DNA of 64,000 bases, taken from NCBI GenBank assembly GCA_964523015.1, contig CAZFXN010000001.1, positions 8,976 through 72,975 on the forward strand. Reading direction: 5' to 3'. This stretch comes from an uncultured Bdellovibrionales bacterium (GTDB lineage Bacteria > Bdellovibrionota_C > UBA2361 > J135). The position numbers and the translations under genes are program-made. The notes under the pieces were generated by a model that made no database searches, was not told the origin of the DNA, and worked only from the letters and a program-made list of their open reading frames with translations. Of this stretch, positions 27,481 to 37,089 are shown in pieces. Numbering within the stretch: position 1 is the first letter of the stretch; each line of letters opens with the position of its first letter.

Positions 27481-27598
27481 TTACTCAATGGCTGAGTAAT
27501 TTTATAACTACTTGATATGACATATTATTATCGACAACTAATGTATGAGCTTTACATATTAGGAATACGAAAGCCGTATTATCAACATTTGAGCTCTT

Positions 27599-28582
27599 AT
27601 GAAAAATATCAACTATTGTCTGATAATCTTATTTTTACTCACATTATACCCATTGAATTTACTCGCCGACACCAAAATTGGTGTTATTTTACCAATGTCA
27701 GGTGATTTCGCTCGCTATGGAGACAAAATACGTCAGGGCTTAGAAAGTGAACAACTGCCTCCTGGAATTCGCCTTGTCTACGAAGATGAAGGATGTCATC
27801 CAAAAACGGCCACAACTGCCTACAAAAAATTAAACGCGGCTGATGGCATTAACATTTTTCTAGGCCCGTGGTGCGGATCCCCTCAAACTGTTGTCGCAAG
27901 TTTAATGAAGCGAAATAATGCTATCTCCATACTTGGTAGTAGTGCGCCAAGGCGTGTCTTTGAATTATCTGGGGGCAAGATGTTTTCAGTCCAACACTCT
28001 ATCGAAGAGGAATCAAAATTTAATGCTGAAAATGCCTATAAAATAGGTGTCCGAAAGGTTGTCATAATATTTCTTGAAAATGATTTTAGTCGTGCCCATG
28101 AGGCAGCATTTAGGGAAAATTTTAAGGGCCAGGGTTTAGAAACTCTAACTTATTCATCACCCGATGCCTCTGCTCTTAAGCCACTGGTGACGAGAATAAA
28201 ACAATTAGGTCCCGATACTCTCTATGTTCCTGATGCATTTCCTTTAATGCATGGATTAATGAAGGAGTTGGCCGCGATCGCTCTTAATAATCTTCGTGTA
28301 TTTTCAGTCTATTCTGCACAATCCGATGATGTTCTTAGTGCAATAGGGCCTGTAGGTGACGGATTAATCTTCTCATATCCTAAGATAGATAGTGAAGCAC
28401 TTCTTTATTACCCAAAGCTTGCGATGCAGGTATTAACTTTTGGGCTAAATGCTTGTCCAACTCGTGATCCTAATTGCATTTCGAATGCCATCAAAGCTCA
28501 ATATAAATTTGATGAATATGGGGTCCTGCCCGGCGAGCTAGCCTTAAAAATAGTGAAGGGGGGGGGAATTGTATGGTATTAA
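27599..28582 (+). CDS. ABC transporter periplasmic substrate-binding protein (branched-chain amino acid/LivJ-like family)
   Basis: Signal peptide. KIGVILPMSGDFARYGDKIRQGLE is characteristic of the Peripla_BP_6 N-terminus. Confidence 0.65.
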   Translation: MKNINYCLIILFLLTLYPLNLLADTKIGVILPMSGDFARYGDKIRQGLESEQLPPGIRLVYEDEGCHPKTATTAYKKLNAADGINIFLGPWCGSPQTVVASLMKRNNAISILGSSAPRRVFELSGGKMFSVQHSIEEESKFNAENAYKIGVRKVVIIFLENDFSRAHEAAFRENFKGQGLETLTYSSPDASALKPLVTRIKQLGPDTLYVPDAFPLMHGLMKELAAIALNNLRVFSVYSAQSDDVLSAIGPVGDGLIFSYPKIDSEALLYYPKLAMQVLTFGLNACPTRDPNCISNAIKAQYKFDEYGVLPGELALKIVKGGGIVWY

Positions 28583-28731
28583 GCTCTCCCGATTTATAAC
28601 AAAACCTGAAGCAAATTAGCTAATTACACCGACATGAGTGTGAGCAGGAGTGTTCTCCGATCGATAAGCTAATACTATCAAGTAGTTACACATTCCTCTA
28701 AGTCTCAGAGACGTAGAGGTAAGAGGTTTTA

Positions 28732-31353
28732 ATGAAGCAGCGGCAGCATCTATCACTTGTAAATGAAAAGGGGGGTACTCCCAAAACTGTCGTCCGTGAG
28801 GTTGTGGGAGTTGAAAACCTCTCCTCGATCCAAAACGATTTAGTTAAAAAGTATGTAAGCAAAGTTGGTGTTAAGGGAGTTTTAGTTGGTGCCCTTTTAG
28901 GGGAGGAGCCATGGGATCTAAGACCGATTTTAATTCATGAAAGCAAATTATCAATTCTAAGATTTAGTAACCCAGCTTGGGTAATTGATAGAAATAAACT
29001 TAACTCCCTCCGTTCTATTTATGCCCATACAAAAAATAATTCCGATCTAATTAAGTCAATCATAAGTTATAATGAAATTGATGGACAAATTTGGGTCTTA
29101 AGAAGGTTTCATCAAAATACCCTTTCTAATATTACAAAAGCAGCAATTGGAACTGCCTCTCTGCATCCTGTTCAGCAGGCTCAACAATTAATCTCCACAG
29201 TTTATTCTTTACACTCTAGTGGAATTATTCACGGCCATATCAATCTTAACAACGTAGGAGCAGATGAAGACTCTCCTACTCTATTAGACTATGGATTCGG
29301 CGCCCTTCAAAAGGCAGATGATTGCGCTCCCGAGATCAAAGCTGGACTTCCTCCATCTTTAGCCAGCGATATATTTGGTCTTGGTCAAACTCTAGCTCAG
29401 CTATTAACTAATAATCTTAGCGAAGCTCACTCTTTATTTTTAAACCGCATGCTTTCACATGAGCCAAGTGAACGCCCATCTATTAATGAAGTTAAGACAA
29501 CTTTTTTTGTAGAAACAAAGTCAAAAAATAATATTACTTCATTCCCTTCAGTTTCAGGAAAAGTAATTACATCTGGATCTTTTATTAATGCGCCAGCTAT
29601 CAGACCTCCTACTAATCCTCCTATAGAAACAGTTAAACAAAATATCTCTTCAAGCTTTGTCAATGATCTGATCAAAGAAGATCTCCTATCTAGTAAAGCA
29701 TCCACCAAACCTAAAACTCCTATTCGAACAGAAAAACTCACCACTTTTATACAACCCAACATTAGTGTACCTGAAGCTGCTTCAAATATTTCAGCAAATA
29801 CTTCAGCAAATACTTCAGAGCGTCATCTTCAAGCGCGGAAACCAACTGTTGCTCTTAGCCAGGTCGAGTCTTTTAAAATTGATATCATCACTCCAAGAGA
29901 AAAAGTCAGAAGAGCTGAGCAATCAAAAAGGGAGCTCACCCTAAAAGCAAATAAGAAAGATGACCTTTCTAGCACTCGCTTTTTTGTAACAATCGCTATG
30001 TTTACTGCTCTTATCTCTCTATTAGTAGGTGTTGGGGTTTTTCAATTCATGAAACCGGCAATGTCACCTAAAGAAGATTCCGACTTTGAAGCATTCTGGG
30101 TAAGCGGTCAGCCAACTTTACAAGAAAAAGTTGTTGAAGCTGCGGTACTAAATAACGATGTAGAAGCACAACAAGTGATCGTCAACTATTCATTAAAAGA
30201 TAGTAAGATTAAAGGAGTTCGAGAAGGTCTAGTAAAAATAGCATTTAATAAGGCTTGGATTAATCAATTAACAAGGGCAGATAAAGAGATCATATTTTCA
30301 CTAGCCCTAGAAAAGCCGAACGGTAAAGTTTTAAGTACTCTGCCACCAATTGCAAAAGCTTCTCCTGCTGTTATATTTTCAGTGCTCTCTCAACTTGAGG
30401 GAGACGAACCTTCTTTAACATCGTTACCTTTAAGTACATTCACCAAACTACCTCAACCATATGGAAAGCTTTTTGCTGATTTAGAAAAGTTAGGGATAAA
30501 ACAGATTGGAGCACCTGAATCTAGAGGCCTAATACGTCTTATAAATAATGATTTTTCCTCTAATAGTGTTGCTAACTTTTTTGGTTCAAGTGGTAATGGT
30601 AAAATTCCTCTATTGTTACCACTCCTAGAGATCTATGACGGCAAATTCGCATTGTCTCTAGTTTCAACACTACATGACTTACCATCTGGAGTTGTTCCAA
30701 CCTTTGATTGGTTCTTTGAACCATCCGAAGTTGATTGGAAAGAGGTTTCAGCAATAGCCCTCTTAGAACTCTCCGCAGGAAAGCCATCATTTGATTCTCT
30801 TTCTCTTGAACATGAATTAGATCTCCTCTCGTTTCCAAAGGCTCCTATAAGACAGGTCGTTAGTGCTAAACTAGAATCTAGATTTGGAGTAGAGATTAAA
30901 CCGGTACTAAAAGTTATTGAGGAGAGCAACCAAAAACTTACCCGATCACAGATTGTCACACTAGTGTCAGCATTAGCCTATAAAGGTCAATACTCGCGAA
31001 GTTACATATCACTCTGGTTTGCTAGCAATCCTGACCCTCAAGTAACGCTAGATCTCCTTATGGCTAGAAATAGACTTGATACTAATGATTTCTTTAATTT
31101 GGAAGCATCTAGATATTTAGCAGATAAAGATTGGGATGCTAGTTTCAATACTCTGAAACAGATGAGCGTTCACCTAGAGCAGGTAGCTCGTGCTTTAGCA
31201 TACTCAAAAATGGATCCAACAGATAAAGAGCAACTAAAATTCCTAAGAAAAATGTCAAATATTGAGCCAAGTAATACAGTTAGAAAAGGGATTTTAGAAA
31301 AGATTAAACCGTTTGAGCCAAGATCTACCCTTACCTATCAATCAGTTGAATAG
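28732..31353 (+). CDS. membrane-anchored protein with N-terminal Ser/Thr-kinase-like (pseudokinase) domain
   Basis: Kinase-like subdomains are present: HGHINLNN in place of HRDxKxxN (catalytic Asp replaced), DYGFG (DFG), CAPE (APE), DIFGLGQTLAQLL and EPSERPS (subdomain XI). A TM helix FFVTIAMFTALISLLVGVGVF follows at ~aa 400, then a ~450-aa C-terminal domain. Confidence 0.5.
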   Translation: MKQRQHLSLVNEKGGTPKTVVREVVGVENLSSIQNDLVKKYVSKVGVKGVLVGALLGEEPWDLRPILIHESKLSILRFSNPAWVIDRNKLNSLRSIYAHTKNNSDLIKSIISYNEIDGQIWVLRRFHQNTLSNITKAAIGTASLHPVQQAQQLISTVYSLHSSGIIHGHINLNNVGADEDSPTLLDYGFGALQKADDCAPEIKAGLPPSLASDIFGLGQTLAQLLTNNLSEAHSLFLNRMLSHEPSERPSINEVKTTFFVETKSKNNITSFPSVSGKVITSGSFINAPAIRPPTNPPIETVKQNISSSFVNDLIKEDLLSSKASTKPKTPIRTEKLTTFIQPNISVPEAASNISANTSANTSERHLQARKPTVALSQVESFKIDIITPREKVRRAEQSKRELTLKANKKDDLSSTRFFVTIAMFTALISLLVGVGVFQFMKPAMSPKEDSDFEAFWVSGQPTLQEKVVEAAVLNNDVEAQQVIVNYSLKDSKIKGVREGLVKIAFNKAWINQLTRADKEIIFSLALEKPNGKVLSTLPPIAKASPAVIFSVLSQLEGDEPSLTSLPLSTFTKLPQPYGKLFADLEKLGIKQIGAPESRGLIRLINNDFSSNSVANFFGSSGNGKIPLLLPLLEIYDGKFALSLVSTLHDLPSGVVPTFDWFFEPSEVDWKEVSAIALLELSAGKPSFDSLSLEHELDLLSFPKAPIRQVVSAKLESRFGVEIKPVLKVIEESNQKLTRSQIVTLVSALAYKGQYSRSYISLWFASNPDPQVTLDLLMARNRLDTNDFFNLEASRYLADKDWDASFNTLKQMSVHLEQVARALAYSKMDPTDKEQLKFLRKMSNIEPSNTVRKGILEKIKPFEPRSTLTYQSVE

Positions 31354-31374
31354 GATATTCAGCCATAGCAGGTT

Positions 31375-32157
31375 TTGCTATACTATCCGTCAATGAATTC
31401 ACTTTTACTTTTTTCCGATGAAATCCAAAACTCAATCGCCACTATAACTGGGGAACATTTAGCCTATGTTCAAGAGATGCATGATCTGTCAAATGGTCAA
31501 ACAATTCCAGTCGTAGTATGGGGGAAATTTCGCGGCAGGGGAGTAATAACTCAACTTAATAAAGATTCGATCTCTTTAGAAATTGCCCTTGATAGCAGTA
31601 TCATTGAAAGGGAACCTACAACATTAATAGTTGCGATTCCTAGGCCACAAACTCAGAAAAAAATAATTCATCTGGCAACTGTATTGGGAGTTAAGGATCT
31701 GCATTTTATCAGATCAGAGAACACTGAGAAAAGCTACCTAGAATCAAAGTCACTAATTCCTCATGCAATTAAGTATGAGATCGTTAAAGGATTAGAGCAG
31801 TCATACGATTGTATGCCTCCAACAATAACTGTGCATAAACGATTTAGACCTTTTATTGAGGATGTCTTAGTCACTGCTTTAAACAGTACAAAGGAGCCAT
31901 TAAAAGTCCTATGCGATACGGCTGAAGATCCTTTGTTATGTATTAATGAAGATGCCCTTCAAAGCAAAGACTCTCATGCATTTATTGCTATCGGTCCCGA
32001 AGCTGGATGGAATGATTTTGAAAGAGAAGCCTTTAAATCACTAGGATTTAAGTCGGTATCGCTTGGCCCCAGAATCCTGCGGTGCGAAACTGCCACCTCC
32101 GTGATCCTCGCTCAGGTTGCGTTAATTAGAGAACTTTGTAACAAACCCTCGTCTTAA
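31375..32157 (+). CDS. rsmE: 16S rRNA (uracil1498-N3)-methyltransferase RsmE
   Basis: SPOUT C-terminus AIGPEAGW...LGPRILRCETA matches the RsmE signature. Confidence 0.7.
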   Translation: MLYYPSMNSLLLFSDEIQNSIATITGEHLAYVQEMHDLSNGQTIPVVVWGKFRGRGVITQLNKDSISLEIALDSSIIEREPTTLIVAIPRPQTQKKIIHLATVLGVKDLHFIRSENTEKSYLESKSLIPHAIKYEIVKGLEQSYDCMPPTITVHKRFRPFIEDVLVTALNSTKEPLKVLCDTAEDPLLCINEDALQSKDSHAFIAIGPEAGWNDFEREAFKSLGFKSVSLGPRILRCETATSVILAQVALIRELCNKPSS

Positions 32158-32335
32158 CAACTAGTAAACCGATCGGTAACATCTTCCCAGTTGATAACTT
32201 TATCAACCCAGAACGGGGATCTAGACGGATCGTCTTAGCACAAAGCATTAAATTATTCTGGTTTTCGTCCACAATACATACCCTACTCATCCGCCACCTC
32301 CTGCTTGTGTTCAAGTCGTGCTCGGGCGGATTGGA

Positions 32336-32569
32336 TCATGTCGTGGAGTTTCTTTTGTAAAAGATCCATTTGACCTTTATCGGCTGGCTTAAAATTGCGT
32401 CTTCAAGATCATTTTCGCTATAGGCTCCGGCTAAGCCTAAGAAATCTAAAAAATATGGATCGCCGAAGAATAGGTCGGGAGTGAGTGTCCCCTTTTCATG
32501 TAAGATATCCAGTTCAGTGGCTATTAGTGACTCTGGTTTTTTTGAAAGAGCTGTTCGTTCAAAAAGCAT
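32336..32569 (-). pseudogene. remnant of a DUF1016/YhcG-family PD-(D/E)xK nuclease gene
   Basis: The 77-aa ORF MLFERTALSKKPESLIATELDILHEKGTLTPDLFFGDPYFLDFLGLAGAYSENDLEDAIL matches the central region of ~350-aa YhcG proteins. No N-terminal or nuclease-core continuation is found in any frame. Confidence 0.45.
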
Positions 32570-32840
32570 TCCCTACACAGTGGGTATAGAATCTTCTGAT
32601 CAGGAAAAAGTTCATCCAAAGAGATAGGAAGCTCCTGTTAGCTTTGCCGCTAGATATCAATTGCGACACTTAGATATTGTCGATCATTTGTATTTGCGAC
32701 AGTTGCGATTTTAATACTCACAGATCAGGTTAATTATCTGAATTAACTTGAAAAGAATACCTCTCCTCTATTGTAGCAGTCAAGCATAGCAGTCAAGAAA
32801 ACAGGGAACTTTCAGCTAAAATTCCTGAATAATAAATGAG

Positions 32841-33515
32841 ATGAAACGAATATCAGAGATCCCAGAATCAGAACGTCCTCGTGAAAAGTTAGAAGCGCGA
32901 GGTGCAATGGTACTTAGCGACATAGAACTGTTAGCCATCCTGCTTGGATCAGGGAGGAAGGGCAAGAATGTGCTTACTCTTTCAAGCGAGATACTAGGTA
33001 TTATTGATCAGAAAAACGGTTCACTTCATGTTAGGGACCTAATAGAAACACATGGAATAGGTCGGGCCAAGGCGTGTTTGATCACAGCCGCAATGGAGTT
33101 TGCACGACGACGTATTCAATCACATCAAACCAAGATTCGCTCGGCTGAGGATATTATTCCACTACTTCGCCACTTTGCTGAGCGAAAACAGGAACATTTT
33201 ATTTGTATATCTTTAAATGGCGCCCACGAAGTTATCGCCACACGAGTAGTAACAGTTGGTCTAGTAAATAGCACCCAAGTTCATCCTAGAGAGGTTTTTG
33301 CTGAACCGATAGTAGATCGGGCCTGCGCAATTATAGTGGCCCACAATCATCCATCAGGAGACTGCACTCCAAGTCCAGAGGATTTTGAGATTACAAGAAT
33401 TCTTCGAGAAGCCGGACAATTACTAGGAATTAAATTACTGGATCACATTATATTTACTCCCTCAGCATCCTATAGCATTCACGAAAGGAAATTAATTTTG
33501 CCAGCTAAAAGGTAG
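32841..33515 (+). CDS. RadC-like JAB-domain protein (UPF0758)
   Basis: HhH-like N-terminus. JAMM-like motif VAHNHPSGDCTPSPED. Confidence 0.8.
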   Translation: MKRISEIPESERPREKLEARGAMVLSDIELLAILLGSGRKGKNVLTLSSEILGIIDQKNGSLHVRDLIETHGIGRAKACLITAAMEFARRRIQSHQTKIRSAEDIIPLLRHFAERKQEHFICISLNGAHEVIATRVVTVGLVNSTQVHPREVFAEPIVDRACAIIVAHNHPSGDCTPSPEDFEITRILREAGQLLGIKLLDHIIFTPSASYSIHERKLILPAKR

Positions 33516-33553
33516 TTATTGAATCCAATTTAACTGTAAGTTAACATACTCCG

Positions 33554-34609
33554 CATGTCAGAATCAATTAGCAACCTAACCCCTAACAGCTCCTGTCCCT
33601 GTGGGAGTATAGCCGTAAGTTTAAAAAATGTTGTCAGACCACCACCTCTAAAGCTGAGGAGTGCGCTCGTGAGGATATGCTCAGAGCTTTTGTCAGGGAG
33701 GCGGAAGCTGATTTAACACAAAAGTTTATGAGGTTCTTTTTTGAGCGGGTGGGAGATATAGATCTCGCTGAGGATTTAATAATGAGGTATCTTCCCGCAG
33801 AATTCGAATTTGGTAGAGAATTTGGTAGAGAAGGAAAAATTCTAACAAATGATGTTCTCGAGTATGGATTTTTCCCTTGGCTATTTTATACCCGGATATT
33901 TTTAGGCCCCGAGTTCAATCAGGTAGGGCTACCACTTCAACGACCATTTTCAGTGGGTGAATTCTTGATAGAGTTAAGTGGTAAGCAGTTATAACATCGT
34001 CAAAAACTATTAATTAAAGCTGCGGCAGATGCGCGATACCAAATTTATCAAGTAGTAGATGTTGATCCTGGCCGATCAGTTACCTTGCGCGAATTGGAGG
34101 GAGATACTACACATCGGCTAATAGAGTATAGCCTAAGTCAAGAGGTTCCTAAGGGTGTGTTTATCTTAACTAGGTTAGTTAAGATGTGTGGACGATCGTG
34201 GATGCTCGGTACTTATCCGATGGTAATACCGGCAGGATACCACAACACATTGCTAAATGATCTGACTCAAGAACGCCTCGATGATTTGGCTCAGATCGTA
34301 GAAGCAGAATATTCAGAACTGAATCGTGCAGATTCAAATTATGCAAAATTAGAAACAATTTCTGAGGATACAATAGTTCGTTATAGATTCTTCTCCGCTC
34401 TTAACCTCTCATTACAACCTCCTACCCTGACAAATACAGATGGTGAACCCATCGGAGTATTTGTAGATGCTTATACCATTGATCTAGCTCCCAATGGTCT
34501 TGCAAAAATTTTCAGTAAAGTGACACATGGTCTTGATAAACGAAAAACTGGACAAATAATTGAAATAGGCAAAGGTAGAGCTACGAGGAATAAAAACTAC
34601 CTGGTATAA
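33554..34609 (+). pseudogene. SEC-C motif protein gene disrupted by a frameshift and an in-frame TAA
   Basis: ATG at ~33554 gives MSESISNLTPNSSCPCGS. The remainder of the SEC-C motif (RKFKKCC) is in the +1 frame, 8 nt later. That frame continues as ORF 33677..33994. After the TAA at 33992, the same frame is open into ORF 34085..34609 (TTG start in the track). Confidence 0.4.
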
Positions 34610-34643
34610 TTGGATTAGTGCTAAATCAAAAAAGGCAGTTGTT

Positions 34644-35180
34644 TTGGGAGATCCGGTACAAGTCGCTGAGATCGCTGTCCAAGGTGATCAGGTCTTTGTA
34701 AGAGCTAACTCAGATCGACGCGCTGGACTATTTTATAAGCGTATCTTTGAGTTAGTAGGTGGCGATAATATTATCGATTACGAATATCTAGTTTCAACTT
34801 ACGATTTACAAATGGAGATCAGCGATAACGGGTTTCCAACTCCTAAGGATTCTGAAGGAAATTCTCTACGTGTCTTTGCCAAAAATGCGCGAGCAGAGAC
34901 TTCAGACGAGCTCCCAGAAGAGATCATGGCAGAGGTACAAAAGCACTTAGAGCGGTATTTACACGAGTGGCTAGACATCGCTATCCCTGCGCTTAGAAAC
35001 AAGACTCCACGTGAAGCGAGTAAAGACAAGGCTTTAAAACCTCTGCTTGAATCCCTACTTATAGACTACGAGTTCCGAGCTAAAAGCATGGTAGCCAATA
35101 AAAATAAAGGACATATTGCTATTACAAGCAACGACATCGCACGCCTTAGGGCTCAGCGAGGGATGACAACGGGGCAATAA
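34644..35180 (+). CDS. hypothetical protein
   Basis: 178-aa ORF. The track start is not ATG. Acidic, with no motif. Confidence 0.4.
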   Translation: MGDPVQVAEIAVQGDQVFVRANSDRRAGLFYKRIFELVGGDNIIDYEYLVSTYDLQMEISDNGFPTPKDSEGNSLRVFAKNARAETSDELPEEIMAEVQKHLERYLHEWLDIAIPALRNKTPREASKDKALKPLLESLLIDYEFRAKSMVANKNKGHIAITSNDIARLRAQRGMTTGQ

Positions 35181-35194
35181 AATTTTCACCCAAA

Positions 35195-35237
35195 AATTTC
35201 ACTGCCCCAATTTCACTGCTCCAATTTCACTGCCCCC
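35195..35237. repeat. three tandem copies of 14-nt unit AATTTCACTGC(C/T)CC
   Basis: Read directly. A degenerate fourth copy (aattttcaccc) is at 35181..35191. It lies in the convergent intergenic space between the 34644..35180 ORF and the sod gene. Confidence 0.85.
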
Positions 35238-35248
35238 AGGCTTTATCA

Positions 35249-35839
35249 CTAGCAGCTAGTAAATCGATCTGTAACATCATTCCAATTAATAACTTTGGTA
35301 AATGCTTCAAGATACTCAGCACGGCGATTTTGATACTTTAAGTAGTAGGCATGTTCCCAAACATCACATGCCAATAGTGGTACAGTAACCCACTGTCCAA
35401 GATCTTGATGCTTTTCAGCTGTGAGAATCTCTAGGTCCTTAGTCATCAAATTATTGGCTAAGATTACCCAACCTGAGCCTTCAACCTGAGTACCTGCTGC
35501 TTTAAATTGAGCCATAAATTTAGCAAAGCTGCCAAATTTTTTGTTGATGGAGTCCATTAATTTTCCACTCGGCTCACCACCTCCCTTAGGGCTCATGTTC
35601 TGCCAAAAGATACAATGCAAGAAATGGCCTGCTCCATGAAACGCCAACTCTCGCTCCCAATGTTTTGCCAGAGCAAAGTCTCCTGACTCTCTAGCTGCAG
35701 CAAGTTTCTCCTCTGCTGCATTTAATCCTTTGACATACCCAAGATGGTGTAGATCATGATGTAACTTCATAGTCTGAGCATCAATATGAGGCTCTAATGC
35801 TTCATATTCATACGGTAAAGCTGGTAATTCATGTGCCAT
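35249..35839 (-). CDS. Fe/Mn-family superoxide dismutase
   Basis: HHDLHH, FGSGW-type region and DVWEHAYY signature. 196 aa. Confidence 0.9.
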   Translation of the reverse strand: MAHELPALPYEYEALEPHIDAQTMKLHHDLHHLGYVKGLNAAEEKLAAARESGDFALAKHWERELAFHGAGHFLHCIFWQNMSPKGGGEPSGKLMDSINKKFGSFAKFMAQFKAAGTQVEGSGWVILANNLMTKDLEILTAEKHQDLGQWVTVPLLACDVWEHAYYLKYQNRRAEYLEAFTKVINWNDVTDRFTSC

Positions 35840-36094
35840 AAAGAACTCCTTTTAAGAATTTCATGATGTTAATTTAATTCTTTACATAATGTAAAAGCCA
35901 ATCATTAAAATGCTGGCTAATTAAGTGACATTTGATCATACTAAATTAACTGTTAATTTTCAATTAACTCATTACAATCGCTTATAATAAACGAACATTA
36001 TTATTAATTCTCCTTTTGCTGTTGTAGCTAATACAGTAGAGTATGAAACTAATTATAGAGATTCTTATGAATGATTAGAATTAATTGCCGATGA

Positions 36095-37054
36095 ATGCCG
36101 ATGAACAAAGAGATGAGCAATGAGATGAATAAAGCACCGAATAATACAATCTTCTTTCTATCACTATTGTTATTGGCACTTCTTGTCAGTGGGACAAAGG
36201 CCTGTCAAGAGGACTATGATTTAGGATCAAGAACGAGTACTACACCAACATCTGAGAGTACTCCAACACCGACTCCATCTCCTACGCCTACTCCTACTCC
36301 AACACCAGAGGAGACAGTCACACCAACAGATACTCCAACGACAACACCGACTACCACACCAAGTGCAACACCTACTCCGACTCCAACTCCTGATGATGAG
36401 GATGAAGAGGAGGCGCAGGGCCAGGGACAGGCAAATGCTTTACAAAAAAGCTTAGCTGCAATCTCAGGCGGCAAAAAGAATCAAAAGATCGGCAACTGGG
36501 GAGATCAATGGAAGAAAAAAGATCCTGCACTTAATGGTGAGGAGATAGATCTCATCCCAGGCACAGTCTCCGATCCCGATAACGATGGCTATACAGACTG
36601 GCTTGAGAATTTATTTGGAACAGATCCATCAGATTACGGATCGTTCCCAAAAAATATAACAACAACAGCGTTAGCACAGCGACTTGTTGGGTTGGATGAT
36701 GACGGAGATGGATTATCCAATGAGCTTGAAAAGCAGCTCGGAACTCATGAAAACAATGGGGATTCTGATGGTGATGGCTCAAGAGATAATGCCGAAAAAC
36801 TATCCGGCACGGATCCACTAGACAAAGAGAGCAGGCCAAACGATCTAGATGGTGATGGATTAAGTGACAGTTTTGAAAATGCGCAGGGTACTAATCCTAC
36901 TAATCCAGATACAGATGATGATGGACTAAGAGATGATCTTGAATTGGCTTTAGGCACTAATTCATTCGATCCAGATACTGACAAAGATGGTATTTTAGAT
37001 GGTAAAGAAGTGGAATTAGGATCCGACCCTCTAAAACCAGAGCAGTCTCGATAA
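36095..37054 (+). CDS. secreted protein with Pro/Thr linker and thrombospondin type-3-like Ca-binding repeats
   Basis: Signal peptide, then TPTPSPTPTPTPEET...TPTPTPD. Six or more D-x-D-x-D-G repeats follow (DPDNDGYTDW, DDDGDGLSNE, DSDGDGSRDN, DLDGDGLSDS, DTDDDGLRDD, DTDKDGILDG). Confidence 0.6.
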   Translation: MPMNKEMSNEMNKAPNNTIFFLSLLLLALLVSGTKACQEDYDLGSRTSTTPTSESTPTPTPSPTPTPTPTPEETVTPTDTPTTTPTTTPSATPTPTPTPDDEDEEEAQGQGQANALQKSLAAISGGKKNQKIGNWGDQWKKKDPALNGEEIDLIPGTVSDPDNDGYTDWLENLFGTDPSDYGSFPKNITTTALAQRLVGLDDDGDGLSNELEKQLGTHENNGDSDGDGSRDNAEKLSGTDPLDKESRPNDLDGDGLSDSFENAQGTNPTNPDTDDDGLRDDLELALGTNSFDPDTDKDGILDGKEVELGSDPLKPEQSR

Positions 37055-37089
37055 GCACCTAAATAGCATTCAATTTGCTATGACATTTT

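Noticed and set aside
36214-36474. Minus-strand 86-aa ORF rich in GVGV repeats
   Set aside because: It is the antisense frame of the Pro/Thr-repeat coding region of the plus-strand TSP3 protein. The low-complexity periodicity creates a spurious open frame.
36745-36984. Minus-strand Ser/Leu-rich 79-aa ORF
   Set aside because: Antisense of the Asp-rich TSP3 repeat region (GAT/GAC codons read as ATC/GTC). Not independent.
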